Source: Octopus vulgaris (Eukaryota). Taken from it: 64,000 bases of DNA. The notes below the pieces were generated by a model, which was not told the DNA's origin, did not search any database, and was given only the letters and a program-made list of their open reading frames with translations. This document shows, piece by piece, positions 13,311 to 26,725 of this stretch; position 1 is the first letter of the stretch, and each line of letters starts with the position of its first letter. The DNA lies in the NCBI GenBank assembly GCA_951406725.2, contig OX597834.1, positions 5,642,001-5,706,000 of the forward strand, given 5' to 3'. A program made the position numbers and the translations under genes.

Positions 13311-14554
13311 AATGTATGCATGCATGTATCTATGTATCAAGTAGTAAATGATATATGGAAAAGAAAAATTTAACTGAATATCGATTGTCCAAGTCCACAT
13401 GTACAGATAGATAAATTACCTCTTTAACTGTCTAAAAGTTTGCTCGTATTTTTTCCCCTTATTTTAATTTAGCAATAAGTTTTCTTTCCCTTGAAGTTTC
13501 CACGAGTTTTTCAATAATTCAGAAAATGAATGAACAATATTTCGATCATATTCTACAAGCATGTGTCGCTGATGTTTTTAATTTTTCTACTAATATATGC
13601 GGAAAACGCGAAAATATCTTCAAAAAAAAAATTTCCTTCAAAACCAATATTTTCTGAAAAGCAATAAATATAATCATTATAACGTTGTCTCAACATTTTA
13701 GATATTAAACACTGCGCTCAGCTTGAGTTGTCTTTGTTTGTTTCTTTTTATATTATCGAATGGTTGAGTTAAATATTTATCTTTAACATAACAATTGAAA
13801 AAAAATTAAAATAGCTTTCTTCAAACGATAAAATAAAAATATGATTGTGTGTGCGTTATGAAAATATATTTAATAAACCAGCCGAATTGACTTGCTAGTC
13901 AGCTAAGAGCAATGTCAATATAAAAGTATTTTTGCTATTAACTGGAATGCTAATTATTTATTATGCATATCAGAAGACATTTGAATAATGTTTAAGACAG
14001 TATGAAAGTCTTGGATTCTTTGGGATGCTTTCATAAATAAATCGGCCCAATATGTCTAAGAATTCTAAATTGTATTATACTTTTGGTTTTGTTAAATACC
14101 ATATCAGCCCTGATCTTGCAGACTTTTGATTTCAACTGTTCCGACCGTGATCATCCCGACATGAATCAGTGAGTTTTATTCTATTTAAATCAGCAAAGGG
14201 TTTCATCTGATCTAAGAGAAAATTAGACCTTCTATTTCTAGCAGGTCGAGTGACTGTGTAGGGTCTCCTACAACAGACCAGATTCAATTATATTTTACTC
14301 AGTGTCACTGTTGTTAGTTGAAACCAGGTCATATCCTTTTGTGTGCAACAGGGTGTTTATAAGGAAATATAAAATTCATAACGAAATACCTGAAGCTTTT
14401 ATAAAAAAAACCTGAAGAGAGTCTTAGAAGGCTCAAATAAAACAGTTCAAATTTTTCGTTACATTCTTACAAATTAGATTTTAATATTGATAACCTCCAC
14501 CTATATCAGAAGAATTTAAATACTAGACTATGTGACATTGTTTGCGCACCCTTC

Positions 14555-14959
14555 GGATCTTTTCGGTTTAAAGGGCAGTTTTTTCTAGCGGTGTCATATG
14601 AAATTGTCACCCATAATTATGACCCTAGAATCGATCTATTGCATTTCAATCTCTTTTAGGGTTAGGTGGGAAGGGCATCTTTTTTTCTTCACAAATGTAA
14701 ATAAACCCAATCTGTTTCTTAAACGAGGGACATATTCATACGGCACATAATGCTTTTTAACTCAATAGACGTCAGTGATTGGTTGAAATTGCAGAAATTG
14801 AAGAAAAAAACAGCAAATATCTTACAAACTATAGAATTTTCTCAATAAAGGCCAGAGAAAAAGATGTTTTATAAACACATTCTACCAGTATACAAAGTTT
14901 AAAATTTTTTGATTACCTAGAAATTATGTTAAAAACTGCCGTTCAAACCGAAAAGATCC
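14555..14959. mobile_element. Merlin-like MITE
   Basis: TIR ggatcttttcggttt...gcagttttt / aaaaactgccgttcaaaccgaaaagatcc; 8-bp TSD cacccttc; GG termini plus 8-bp TSD fit Merlin. Confidence 0.8.
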
Positions 14960-16434
14960 CACCCTTCTCCTCCCACACCCATTCTTTCAGAAAGAGCTGC
15001 CAAAACTTCTCTCAAGTCACACTATACGAATAGCAATAGTTAAATGCTAAAAATGACTTTTACATGTAGGAGTATTTCACATAACACAAAACACAACCTT
15101 CAGACATATTACCTTAAACTTGTTTCTATTTGTTGACAATCATAGCTCTCTTTAAAATATCTGAATTATTTAGTCAAGCTTCCCGCTGCCTACATAGTAA
15201 TTCATTTCTGTTCGTGAATACTAACGTAGTTCTCAAAAACACATTAAAAGTCAAGCAAGTAAAGGTGACTGTGCGCAGCAGATTCTCAACTCATGCGCTA
15301 ATGTCAAATTGTACTTTGAAATTTTCCTTTTGCTAAATTTCTTCCTTTGCTTCCTGTTAAACTACATTTCCCTGTGATATTTTTTTCATATTTCTCTCTG
15401 ATTATAATCGGTTTTATCAAACACATTATTAGCTTAATGTCCTCTTTGATGTGTTAACATTTTATCTTATCTTAATCCTTTCCATTACCATAAAATTGAA
15501 ATACTATTTATCCCCGATTGACGTCAAACATTAATAACTCCCCAGATACTTGTAAACATTGAAGTTTAACTTTGAATTAATTTCCCTCGCTTTTCCGCCG
15601 ACGTCAACATATTCAATCTATAATTAACATTTAAAACGTCCTTTGTGATTTTACTTAGTAGCATGAGTTGAACATGTCAAAATGAATTTAGGAAAGTTTG
15701 CAGGGGATTATCACTTCAAACATCTTTTCATCGACAAATATTTGTGTTAAATAAGTTTCTAGTTAAGTTCAAATGAATAAATATCAAGGCTATTGATTCC
15801 TATTAAGCTTATCATAAATATTCTGTAAATAACATGCAATAGCTTATAAAGTTCGGCAAGGAAGGGCAAGCAAATAAAGGGGAAAATAACTTTTTAAAAT
15901 ATGAACAAAAGAAGTGGTTTATTATTAAAATACGAAAGTTACTGTAAATATGACCTACTGGAAAATGCATAAAAGATCTCAGGATGTGGGAGCGAGAAAA
16001 TATATTTCCTGAATCATTGTTATTATTACCATATCTTATATATTGACTTTTTAATACTTATATTGATTTCATGGATTTTTTCCCATTCCTTTCTGCTGTT
16101 GACTACGTCAGCGAGAGCAATAATATTTAAAGTTGTATAATTGTGTCTGAACATTTAGTTCGATATTGTGATAGGGTACAGCACCAGTCGAAGAGTTAAG
16201 GTGTTTGATTTGCAATATTGGGTGCTAGGTTCGAACATACTTGATAGTATCTAGCGCAGGTGTGTTCTCCCACAGCCTTGGGCTGACTAGAACCTTGTGG
16301 ATAAAACTGGGTTGAAAGAACTATTTGAAAGTCCTTTGGATGAACTATTTTTGTAATCCAAAGGGATATATACAGCCGTGTACAAATAGCGGGGGAATTT
16401 TCAACCGGTTAAATCATAATTAAATAAGCCGGTA

Positions 16435-16501
<67 letters not shown>

Positions 16502-16507
16502 AATGAC

Positions 16508-16722
16508 TTAATCCTTTAGTGTTGGCATTATTCTGCCAAAATTAATGCTTTTTTTATCCACTGAACTAATCATGCATTATCTTGTAGCGATGAGATTTTG
16601 ATGAAGTAGCTGTTGATTTTTAAAACGATATTGTAGGGTTGGTGTGAGAGACCAGATCTGGCCAATTTGAACATAAAGCAGGCAGAATACTTTTGGCCGG
16701 ATATGGCCGGTTTAAATGCTAA
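16508..16722. mobile_element. Degenerate piggyBac-like MITE beside (CT)n
   Basis: Starts ttaatcctttag, ends aaatgctaag (right end eroded). Confidence 0.45.
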
Positions 16723-17739
16723 GCTGCCTTGACCATTTCTGTAACTCGTGGGAGAGAAGATGGCATCTGTAGACTTTAGGCCTTTCTTGAATCTTTAACA
16801 CAAAGTGAAATCCGACGAAGTCCAAGGACCAGGTGGTGGTGTAAAATTAAGAGGATACAATAAGGAATACTCTCTCTGGTGGGCTTCCAGGCATTTTCCA
16901 GTTTCCATCTACTAAACATCAATCATAAGGCTTTGGTCAACCTAAGGCTGTAATAAAAGACAAACTCCAAATGTGATTTGCAATGGGACCAAACTTAAAA
17001 CACAGTTGATGCAAAGCGAACTTCTTAAATGCACTTAAGATTCGTTTGACCAAACGACTAGAGAGTACTTCTTGTAAGCATAGACATCATCGTCCGTTTT
17101 TCATGCTGGCATGGGTTAAACAAATGATTCATTTACGTTATTTAATGTTTGTAAAATGTATCATATCTTTGTCATAGAATTCTGACTTACTAACCGTCTT
17201 GACGGTTTTTTGCTTTATTGTATTTCATTTAAACTTCCATCACAACATCTGAGATTCTATATGAACATATGAAGGGCAGGAAAATTCCTCCCTGTATTCC
17301 ACAGCTGAATTTCATAGCCAAAATTGAATGTGTCCTCACATTTCTAAAAGAAATGCTAGTTTTGCCCCTATTGTAATTTATTTATTTATTTGAAAGTCTT
17401 CTTGGATATCAACGGATGAAAGAAATTATTAACAATTTATGAAGAAAAATTTGGTAGCGATTCCATGCAGGAAAATTTCGATATGAAACTTATGGTCAAC
17501 TTAGTATTTTCTCTCGTTTTGAATTCCAAATATTTTAGTATATGCTAGAAAATTCCTTTTGGTCAGTTTGTGAAAATAAGTAACTGAAGACTAACTGATG
17601 GTGCAATGTTAACAATGGATAATTAACGAAGGTTATTAACATCTGATCAATAATTGATTACTTTTTTTTTTAAGCTACCGTTTTGTCAGTCAAAGGGTCT
17701 AACCACAATTTTTGTTACAGTATTTTCCCTCGAAAATAA

Positions 17740-17793
<54 letters not shown>

Positions 17794-17878
17794 GATAATA
17801 ATAGTAATACTAATAATACTACTACTACTACTGATAATAATAATAATAATAATAATAATAAGTATAAGTATAATAATT
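17740..17878. repeat. (AAT)n/(ACT)n microsatellite
   Basis: Directly visible. Confidence 0.95.
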
Positions 17879-18534
17879 AGAAGAAAGAGAATCAATTCTA
17901 TCACAAATTGTGACATTTCTGGTTATTTATTAACCTCAAGTGTCAAGTTCGTGAAAGAGTAGGTCAAATTATTATAAAGCGTACACCGTTTCCTTCTAAC
18001 TACTAATAGACATTTTCAGGATTTCTTTCCAAGAATTCAATTCTATTATCAGAGTTATTTTCCTCACATTATTCTTTAAATTGATTTTATATCGACATAA
18101 AACAAAAATGCAATCCGGAAAATATTTCCTCAAAATGATAAGGAAAGTTTACTTGATGTTTTTGCAAAAATCTGGAAAGATAAAATAAAATTGTCTTATT
18201 CTTGAGAGTAGAATTTTTCGTTCGTTTTTGCACAAGTCTCTTTTGGTTTTGAATTATGTTCTGGATTTTTAAGTTGAATTTTCATCTAGGTATCAAAATT
18301 CCGATAAATTTAATATTTCACACGAGATAAAATTTTTTTATGATTATTTTAATAACGACCTCTAAGATATGCAGAAGTATGCCTGTGCGATTAAGTTCGT
18401 CTTGCAACCAGGTAAATCTGGATTTAATCTTATTGTGGAGAACCTTGAACCAAGATCTATCATCTTAATGTAATTTGGAACGCAAAAAGTTTGAGAAATC
18501 TAGCTATACACACATGCGTATGTGTATACGGTGA

Positions 18535-18850
18535 GGGCGCGTGGCTTAGTGGTTAGGGCATTCGGCTCATGATCGTAAGGTTGTGAGTTCGATTCCCGGC
18601 GACGCGTTGTGTCCTTGAGCAAGACACTTTATTTCACGTTGCTCCAGTCCACTCAGCTGGCAAAAATGAGTTGTACCTGTATTTCAAAGGGTCAGCCTTG
18701 TCACTCTCTGTGTCACGCTGATTATCCCCGAGAACTACGTTAAGGATACACGTGTCTGTGGAATGCTCAGCCATTTGCACGTTAATTTCACGAGCAAGCT
18801 GTTCCGTTGATCGTATCAGCTGGGACCCTCGTCGTCGTAACCGGCGGAGT
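18535..18850 (+). mobile_element. SINE D (different tRNA head, CORE-like domain) sharing tail type 1
   Basis: tggcttagtgg A-box, gagttcgattcc B-box, ttgtgtccttgagcaagacac; from ttgtacctgtatttcaaaggg onward it matches 1838-2015. Confidence 0.85.
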
Positions 18851-18955
18851 CTTTTTAAATGTGTATAAGTGCGTATCTAAATATGAACGAATAAATCAGA
18901 AAATCAGTGCTCTTCAAATGTAATAAGTTATACTTTTTACCTTGTAGCTGCGTTA

Positions 18956-19245
18956 CAGTAATCTCTCGACTATCGCGGATCTTACATTCCAAAACACCCC
19001 ACGACAGATGACAATCCACCAAGTAGAGACAGTACTGTACTGCATATTTTTAAAATTATTTTCATAATTTGTATACATTAGGCGCAGGAGTGGCTGTGTG
19101 GTAAGTAGCTTGCTTACCAACCACATGGTTCCGGGTTCAATCCCACTGCGTGGCACTTTGGTCAAGTGTCTTCTGCTATAGCCTCGAGCCGACCAATGCC
19201 TTGTGAGTGGATTTGGTAGACGGAAACTGAAAGAAACCCGTCGTA

Positions 19246-19291
<46 letters not shown>

Positions 19292-19620
19292 TGTGTGTGT
19301 TTGTTCCCCTAGCATTGCTTGACAACCGATGCTGGTGTGTTTACGTCCCCGTAACTTAGCGGTTCGGCAAAAGAGACCGATAGAATAAGTACTAGTCTTA
19401 CAAAGAATAAGTCCCGGGGTCGAGTTGCTCGACTAAAGGTGGTGCTCCAGCATGACCATAGTCAAAGGACTGAAACAAGTAAAAGAGTAAAAGAGTAAAG
19501 AGAGATTTATTTTATTATAAGTGCAAAACAACACCACGGGGGAATTGACGCAAGCTTAAATAATAAACCGCGATAGGTGAACCGCGATAGGTGAACCGCA
19601 ATATAGCGACAGATTACTCT
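18956..19620. mobile_element. pogo/Tigger-like MITE interrupted by SINE A (19080-19503)
   Basis: TA+cagtaatctctcgactatcgcgg at left; ccgcaatatagcgacagattact at right. Confidence 0.65.
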
Positions 19621-19800
19621 ATAAGTAAACTCGTGTCACTCAGGATTTCAGTAATGCCGTGAATGGCTCTTCGTAACAAATACCATTAGCGTTCCCCTTT
19701 TACAATATAAAAGTAAAATTAAAAACGGGCGCAAGTTTTCAGAGAGGTGTAATATTATATCCGTCATTCACTAATATTTTGTCTTCAGAAGATAATGAAT

Positions 19801-20038
19801 GGGAGCACTCCGTCGGTTACGACGACGAGGGTTCCGGTTGATCCGATCAACGGAACAGCCTGCTCGTGAAATTAACGCACTCCACTGACACGTGTACCCT
19901 AAACGTAGTTCTCGGGGATATTCAGCGTGACACAAAGAGTGACAAGGCCGGCCCTTTGAAATACAGGTACAACAGAAACAGGAAGTAAGAGTGAGAGAAA
20001 GTTGTGGTGAAAGAGTACAGCAGGGATCATCACCATCC
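19801..20038 (-). mobile_element. 3' part of SINE C with tail type 1
   Basis: Reverse complement of 1775-2022. Confidence 0.85.
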
Positions 20039-20039
20039 A

Positions 20040-20322
20040 TTACGAGTTACACACTGGGGTCGATATAATCGACTTAATCCCTTTGTCTGTCCTTGTTTTT
20101 CCTCTCTGTGTTTAGCCCCTTGGGGGTTTAAAGAAATGGGTATTTCGTCTGTCTTTACATTCTGTGTTCAAATTCCGCCGAGGTCGACTTTGCCTTTCAT
20201 CCTTTCGGGGTCGATTAAATAAGTACAAGTTACGCACTGGGGTCGATATAATCGACTTAATCCGTTTGTCTGTCCTTGTTTGTCCTCAATGTGTTTAGCC
20301 CCTTTTGGGTAGTAAAGAAATA
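20040..20322 (+). mobile_element. SINE B partial dimer
   Basis: Junction gaaatgggtatttc at ~20133; followed by ggtatcagata. Confidence 0.88.
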
Positions 20323-20739
20323 GGTATCAGATACTGGATACCACAGATCCACCATTCTTAAAAGTCATTAAATACGAGCAAAATCATGTGTACGAGACTC
20401 TTTCAAAACTGGAATATTTATTTTTACTTGAAGTGTTCAGCAGAAATAAACTATTTGTAGAAAATCAAATTGTCTGCTATGAATTTTAATTCTTGTACTA
20501 ATTATAGTTATCGATAGTTTGGCTAATTCAGTAATTACATTTAAACAAATTGTGAAAATTGTAGAAGACAAATATATAAAATGTCTCACTTAATCTCTTA
20601 ATCTCAGCTAAAATATCTGAAACAAACGAAATCGTTCTATACAGAACATGCTGTATAGACTCGGTGATTATCAGCATTTTCAATCTTGCATCAACGAACT
20701 GAAAAGAAAATCTGAAGAAGCATTCTCTGGTTGCACTTT

Positions 20740-20945
20740 CTAGAATATATCTATGGTGTTATCTTGTATGCAGGGTAATGAACCCCCATGCACAGCAGAC
20801 CGACGATTCCCAACATTCGGCTTGCGGTAGAATTCTGATAACATCACGTAGACGGAATCTTTTATTTTATTTGATGGAAATGAAATACTCATGAAGATAT
20901 TATATGTTGAATCTATTGGTGTACGGGGCTGCAATGCAATATATA
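20740..20945 (-). CDS. Candidate terminal coding exon, unknown protein (YIALQPRTPIDSTYNIF...DNTIDIF*)
   Basis: Good acceptor tttttgtttacag; ~68 open codons in unique sequence; no recognisable domain. Confidence 0.3.
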
Positions 20946-21141
20946 CTGTAAACAAAAACTGGAGAACATTTCTACAAGTATTAAATATGAAGTTAAACTA
21001 TTGTTATGTCAAATATATAAAGGAAGTATCACAGAGAATTATTAATGAGCTAAAATGAGGAGAACCACTGAAAACATAATTATCTAACCACCAATCAGCT
21101 TGAAACATTGCATATGTAAAATACTGAATACGTAACTTATA

Positions 21142-21371
21142 TTTCTTTATTGCCCACAAGGGGCTAAACATAGAGGGGACAAACAAGGACAGACAAACGG
21201 ATTAAGTCTATTATATCGACCCCAGTGCGTAACTGGTACTTAATTTATCGACCCCGAAAGGATGTAAGGCAAAGTCGACCTCGGCGGAATTTGAACTCAG
21301 AACGTAACGGCAGACGAAATACGGCTACGCATTTCGCCCGGCGTGCTAACGTTTCTGCCAGCTCGCCGCCT
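21142..21371 (-). mobile_element. Full-length SINE B monomer
   Basis: ~20-bp TSD tactgaata(c/t)gtaacttata at 21122-21141 and 21372-21391; head ggcggcgagctggcag; Meta-domain-like gcctt..catcctttcggggtcgataa. Confidence 0.92.
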
Positions 21372-21722
21372 TACTGAATATGTAACTTATATTTCATTTA
21401 TCTGACCAGTTAACTCTGAACCTTGTAACTGCATTCGCACAGCTAATTTATTCAATAAAAAAGACAAAGGCACTGATATATAATGTTCGAAATTCTTTAG
21501 ATACAGAGCGAAAAACTCAAAGTCAGATTCATAATTTTTAAGTATTCAGTACTATATCCGACCTTTATAATTCTAAGTTGTATCTAAAATTGGTTAACGT
21601 TTTGAAATTCGAATCACACTTTCTCTTTTATTCATCTTTCTAGTTGAAAGTGGATAGCTATATTTAAAATGACGAGCCAAAAATAATGTATTCTTAATTA
21701 TATTTGTGACGAGAAGAGAAAG

Positions 21723-22555
21723 GGATCTTTTCGGTATGAACGGCAGTTTTTTCTAGCGGTGTCATATGAAATTGTCACCCATAATTATGACCCTAGTATC
21801 GATCTATTGCATTTCAATCTATTTTAGGGTTAGAGTTAGTTAGAGGTGGGGGGAAGGATATCTTTTTTTCTTCACAAATGTAAATAAAAGGCGCAGGAGT
21901 GGCTGTGTGGTAAGTAGCTTGCTAACCAACCACATGGTTCCGGGTTCAGTCCCACTGCGTGGCACCTTGGACAAGTGTCTTCTGCTATAGCCTCGGGCCA
22001 ACCAAAGCCTTGTGAGTGGATTTGGTAGACGGAAAATGAAAGAAGCCCGTCGTATATATGTATATATATATGTGTGTGTGTCTGTGTTTGTCCCCCTAGC
22101 ATTGTTTGACAACCGATGCTGGTGTGTTTACGTCCCCGTTACTTAGCGGTTCGGCAAAAGAGACCGATAGAATAAGTACTGGGCTTACAAAAGAATAAGT
22201 CCCGGGGTCGAGTTGCTCGACTAAAAGGCGGTGCTCCAGCATGGTCGCAGTCAAAGTGACTGCAACAAGGAAAAAGAAAAAGAAAAAAGAAAAAGAAAAA
22301 AGAAAGAAACCCAATCTGTTTCTTAAACGAGGGACATATTCATACGGCACAGAAAGTTTTTTCCCTCAATGGACGTCAGTGATTGGTTGAAATTGAAGAA
22401 ACAAACAACAAATATCTTACAAACTATAGAATTTTCTCAATAGAGCAAAGAGAAAAAGATGTCTTATAAACACATTCTACCAGTATACGAAGTTTAAAGT
22501 TTTTTAGTTACCTAAGAAATTATGTTAAAAACTGCCGTTCAAACCGAAAAGATCC
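21723..22555. mobile_element. Second Merlin-like MITE copy, interrupted by SINE A (21889-22300)
   Basis: Same TIRs and internal sequence as 14555-14959. Confidence 0.85.
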
Positions 22556-22967
22556 GAGAAAATAATTACTTTTAATAGCGATACTTGTCAATAACGACGA
22601 AGGAATAGACAACAAAATTTAAATTACTTGTAAATTAAAGGATGACATGTTTTGGGAAGTTAGTGTGATCTTTGGTATCGCTATAGCAACAACACCTGAC
22701 ATTTTGGCGAGAGACAGTTTTTACAACAAAGCATCTCAAAATCAAGCTAGGATCTGATACTTATATGTAAATCTTCTTGACTGTGGAGGTCTAATAAGAC
22801 CGAAACATAACAGGAATTGTCATTGTAAATACTTAACATCAAATTCACTTCCAAATTCATGTTGTATTCATTGAATTTTAATCAGTTCGTAATTCATGGA
22901 TGAGAATGGCCATGCAAATTAATATATATTTGTATACACCTACAATATATTTTATTGTTTCAGTCTT

Positions 22968-23653
22968 TTATTTAACTCGACCCCGAAAGGATGAAAGGCA
23001 AAGTCGACCTCGGCGGAATTTGAACACAGAACGTAACGGCAGACGAAATATCCATTTCTTTACTACCCACAAGGGGCTAAACACAGAGAGGACAAACAAG
23101 GACAGACAAACGGATTAAGTCGATTATATCGACCCCAATGCGTAACTGGTACTTAATTTATCGACCCCGAAAGGATGAAAGGCAAAGTCGACCTCGGCGG
23201 AATTTGAACTCAGAACGTAACGGCAGACGAAATATCCATTTCTTTACTACCCACAAGGGGCTAAACACAGAGAGGACAAACAAGGACAGACAAACGGATT
23301 AAGTCGATTATATCGACCCCAGTGTGTAACTCGTAATTATTTAACTCGACCCCGAAAGGATGAAAGGCAAAGTCGACCTCGGCGGAATTTGAACACAGAA
23401 CGTAACGGCAGACGAAATATCCATTTCTTTACTACCCACAAGGGGCTAAACACAGAGAGGACAAACAAGGACAGACAAACGGATTAAGTCGATTATATCG
23501 ACCCCAGTGTGTAACTCGTAATTATTTAATCGACCCCGAAAGGATGAAAGGCAAAGTCGACCTCGGCGGAATTTGAACTCAGAACGTAACGGCAGACGAA
23601 ATACCACAAAGCATTTCGCCTGGTGCGCTAATGATTCTGCCAGCTCGCCGCCT
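22968..23653 (-). mobile_element. SINE B concatemer (head plus ~3.5 units of 184-185 bp)
   Basis: Junctions gaaatatccatttc at 23045, 23229 and 23414. Confidence 0.92.
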
Positions 23654-24214
23654 TATCTGATACCAAAAACTAAATGAACTGCAAATGTAGTTTCATCTCT
23701 GAGTTCAAATTCTGCTGTCACTAAATGTGTTTATCTTCTGAAAACAAAATATTAGTGAATGACGGATATAATATACGTGCGTGCATTTAGGCAATGTTGA
23801 AGAACATTTGTGTGCGTCTGTAGGTGATACTTGACGATTGACAGCATGGAAGATATAACAGGTTTTCTCGTGAAATTTGTCATGTTGTATGTGTTCTACA
23901 TTATATTAGACGTTAAGGAAAATTGAACAGATAAATAGATAGATCGATGTCAACATCAAAACACAAGGACAAATTAACCTCTCGAACATGTATTCTAAGA
24001 GTAATATGTGTATATAAACACAAGAAGTAGGTGAGAACACAATGAACAAGTTCCTTGTGGAATCTGAGTTAACTATGATTTTTTATTCACCATACGGTTT
24101 TACACAGAGCGGACACTACAACACATTGGGGACACAAAACATCAAAAAAATAATCGTATGATAAGATGAGAAAAAAGATGAAAATGAGAGATGAAAGTGA
24201 TGTTAACTGCCCCA

Positions 24215-24925
24215 TTAGTCAACATCACTTGTCCTCTTTCCTATATCACTGCGAAAATTTTCCTCATATTTTTCCCCAAATTTTCTTCATATCTTTTCCC
24301 CAAATTTTTCCTCATATCTTTTCCCCAAATTTTCCTCATACCTTTACCCCAAATTTTCCTCATATCTTTTCCCCAAATTTTCCTGATATTTTTTCCCCAA
24401 ATTTTCCTCATATCTTTTCCCAAAATTTTTCCTCATATCTTTTCCCAAAATTTTCCTCTTATCATTTCCCAAAATTTTCCTCATATCTTTTCCCAAAATT
24501 TTTCCTCATATCTGTTCCCCAAATTTTTCTCATATCTGTTCCCCAAATTTTTCCTCATATCTTTTCCCCAAATTTTTCCTCTTATCATTTCCCAAAATTT
24601 TCCTCATATCTTTTCCCAAAATTTTTCCTCATATCTGTTCCCCAAATTTTCCTCATATCTGTTCCCAAAATTTTTCCTCATATTTTTTCGAGTTTATCCT
24701 TCTTTTCCTGCGCCAATGTTCCTCTTATCAACATATATACATCTCCAAGTTCCTTATTAAGTTCCTCCTCCTGATTTTTCGACAATACTGCATCCATTCC
24801 CTCATGGTTTTCGTATTTCTGATTACAGTGTAACCTGGCAGTGGGCCCTTCGGTATTTGTCACAGTGCAGTCAGTCTCGTTGCTCCTTGAATCTTCTAAA
24901 TGTATTGAATCAAAATCCGTTGAGT
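24215..24925 (-). CDS. Candidate exon of an acidic disordered protein ending in a (KRYEENLG)n-type repeat; frame broken as assembled
   Basis: Acceptor ttaatgttatag; ~82 hydrophilic codons DSTDFDSIHLEDS...QEKKDKLEK; TGA at 24678 at the repeat edge; distal frame ..ENFRSDIGKRTSDVD* ends at 24215. Confidence 0.42.
24255..24688. repeat. 24-25-bp minisatellite, ~17 units
   Basis: Unit tttcctcatatcttttccccaaat with homopolymer length variants. Confidence 0.95.
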
Positions 24926-25529
24926 CTATAACATTAATAAGCTCTACAAGAAAGTGACATTTAAAGGACCTTTTGGATTTGAGGAATATCTAACATATTT
25001 TATAGACACAGAAAACCTCTTTCTCGTGAAATGTCATACATCCATTATATATTGATCTACAAAACAGAAAAAATAGGTTGCTTATAAATGTTTTCTTTAA
25101 GACAAAAGGACAGAAGTTTTGCTCGTTCAGCAGCTTGGCCTATTAAGAAACAATGGCAATATCACCGCAAAAAAATAGGTAAGCATTATTTTCACATTAC
25201 ATTATTAAACAATGGCGGTAATTTTCTTTTCCCATTTCGAAGAAATATTTACTTCAGCCTAAAAGTCAATAGTATTTTGTTCATGTTTGAAATAGATTAT
25301 GGATGGCGATAACAAATACCAAAGGCTCGAGATTTGGGTGACCTCAACGCATGCGTAAGACTACGTATAAGAGAAGGGAAAAACTGCAATGCAAAGGGGA
25401 AAATAACTACATCAGTAGTTCCATAAATAACAGTAATACGAAATGGTAGCTGAGGCAGAAGCTACGCTTTCTGTCCGAATATTTTTAGATTATCTGAAAA
25501 GCCAGTAAATCATAGAACGAGATTTACGC

Positions 25530-25723
25530 TTTTACTCTTTTCAGTCATTTGCTGTGCCCATGCTGGAGCACCACCTTTAGTCGAGCAAATCGACCCCAGG
25601 ACTTATTCTTTGTAAGCCTAGTACTTATTCTATCAGTCTTTTTTGTCGAACCGCTAAGTTACGGGGACGTAAACACACTAGCATCGGTTGTCAAGCGATG
25701 TTGGAGGGATAAACACAGAGACA

Positions 25724-25800
<77 letters not shown>

Positions 25801-25856
25801 GTATACATATATATGACGGGCTTCTTTCAGTTTCCGTCTACCAAATCCACTCACAA
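25530..25856 (-). mobile_element. SINE A, 5'-truncated
   Basis: Reverse complement of the SINE A body and tail. Confidence 0.88.
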
Positions 25857-26312
25857 TTCGAACTGCAGTTATTACGATGTGGTGAAAGTCAGAAATGCAG
25901 CCATCTTTGACAGAAAAACTAACCATTAAAATCATTTAAGTAGCATTTACACAATTTACATCAGTCTTTTTAAAACATTGGTTATATCTGAATCTTTGGG
26001 TGTTTGCATCCTCCTGCCTTCGGCACTTTTATTGCTGCCTTAAGCATTTTTCAAATATTTCTCGATGGAACGCTTCTGCTTGACTCGTTCAAGCTTTTTG
26101 GATTCCCAACAGCACAAGTACTTCTCGAAAATTCGAGATTTTCTTTAAATTGCTTTTCTAACAGGACTACATTTTAATCACAAAAATATAATTACGATTT
26201 CTTGAAAGGGAAACTTAGAGAAATAGTCATATTGCGAGAAAGGGGAAAATATTACATCGATAGTGTGACAAAGAGAAAGCTGTTAATCTTAACTGTTATG
26301 TGATTGCATTCA

Positions 26313-26725
26313 GGGCGGCGAGCTGGCAGAACCGTTAGCACGCCGGGCGGAATGCTTAACGGTATTCCGTCTGTTCTGAGTTCAAATTCCGCCAAGGTCG
26401 ACTTTGCCTTTTATCCTTTCGGGGTCGATAAATAAAGTACCAGTTTCGCACTGCGGGTCGATGTAATCAACTTAATCCGTTTGTTTGTCCTTGTTTGCCC
26501 ACTCTGTGTTTAGCCCCTTGTGGGTAGTAAAGAAATAAGTATTTCGTCTGTCGTTACGTTCTGAGTTCAAATTCCGCCGAGGTCGACTTTGCCTTTCATT
26601 CTTTCGGGGTTGATAAATAAAGTACCAGTTTCGCACTGGGGTCGATGTAATCGACTTAATCTGTTTTTCTGTCCTTGTTTGTCCCCTCTATGTTTAGCCC
26701 CTTGTGGGTCGTAAAGAAATATATA
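26313..26725 (+). mobile_element. SINE B dimer
   Basis: TSD tgattgcattca at 26301-26312 and 26726-26737; junction gaaataagtatttc at ~26532. Confidence 0.92.

Noticed and set aside
14408-14446. CTGAAGA GAGTC..GGCTC hammerhead-like start
   Set aside because: GAAA is missing (AAAT) and there is no stem III or stem I partner
15113-15160. 48-nt minus-strand exon-like segment (YFKESYDCQQIETSL); also an acceptor at 18171
   Set aside because: Splice signals of this strength arise by chance in AT-rich DNA, and no coherent gene model results
15525-15620. Minus-strand peptide containing YKYLGV (LINE RT-like motif)
   Set aside because: Too short and isolated, with no other RT motifs nearby
22968-23653. 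Regularly spaced repeats that look like a CRISPR array
   Set aside because: The whole 184-bp unit is repeated with no unique spacers; it is a SINE concatemer in eukaryotic DNA with no cas genes
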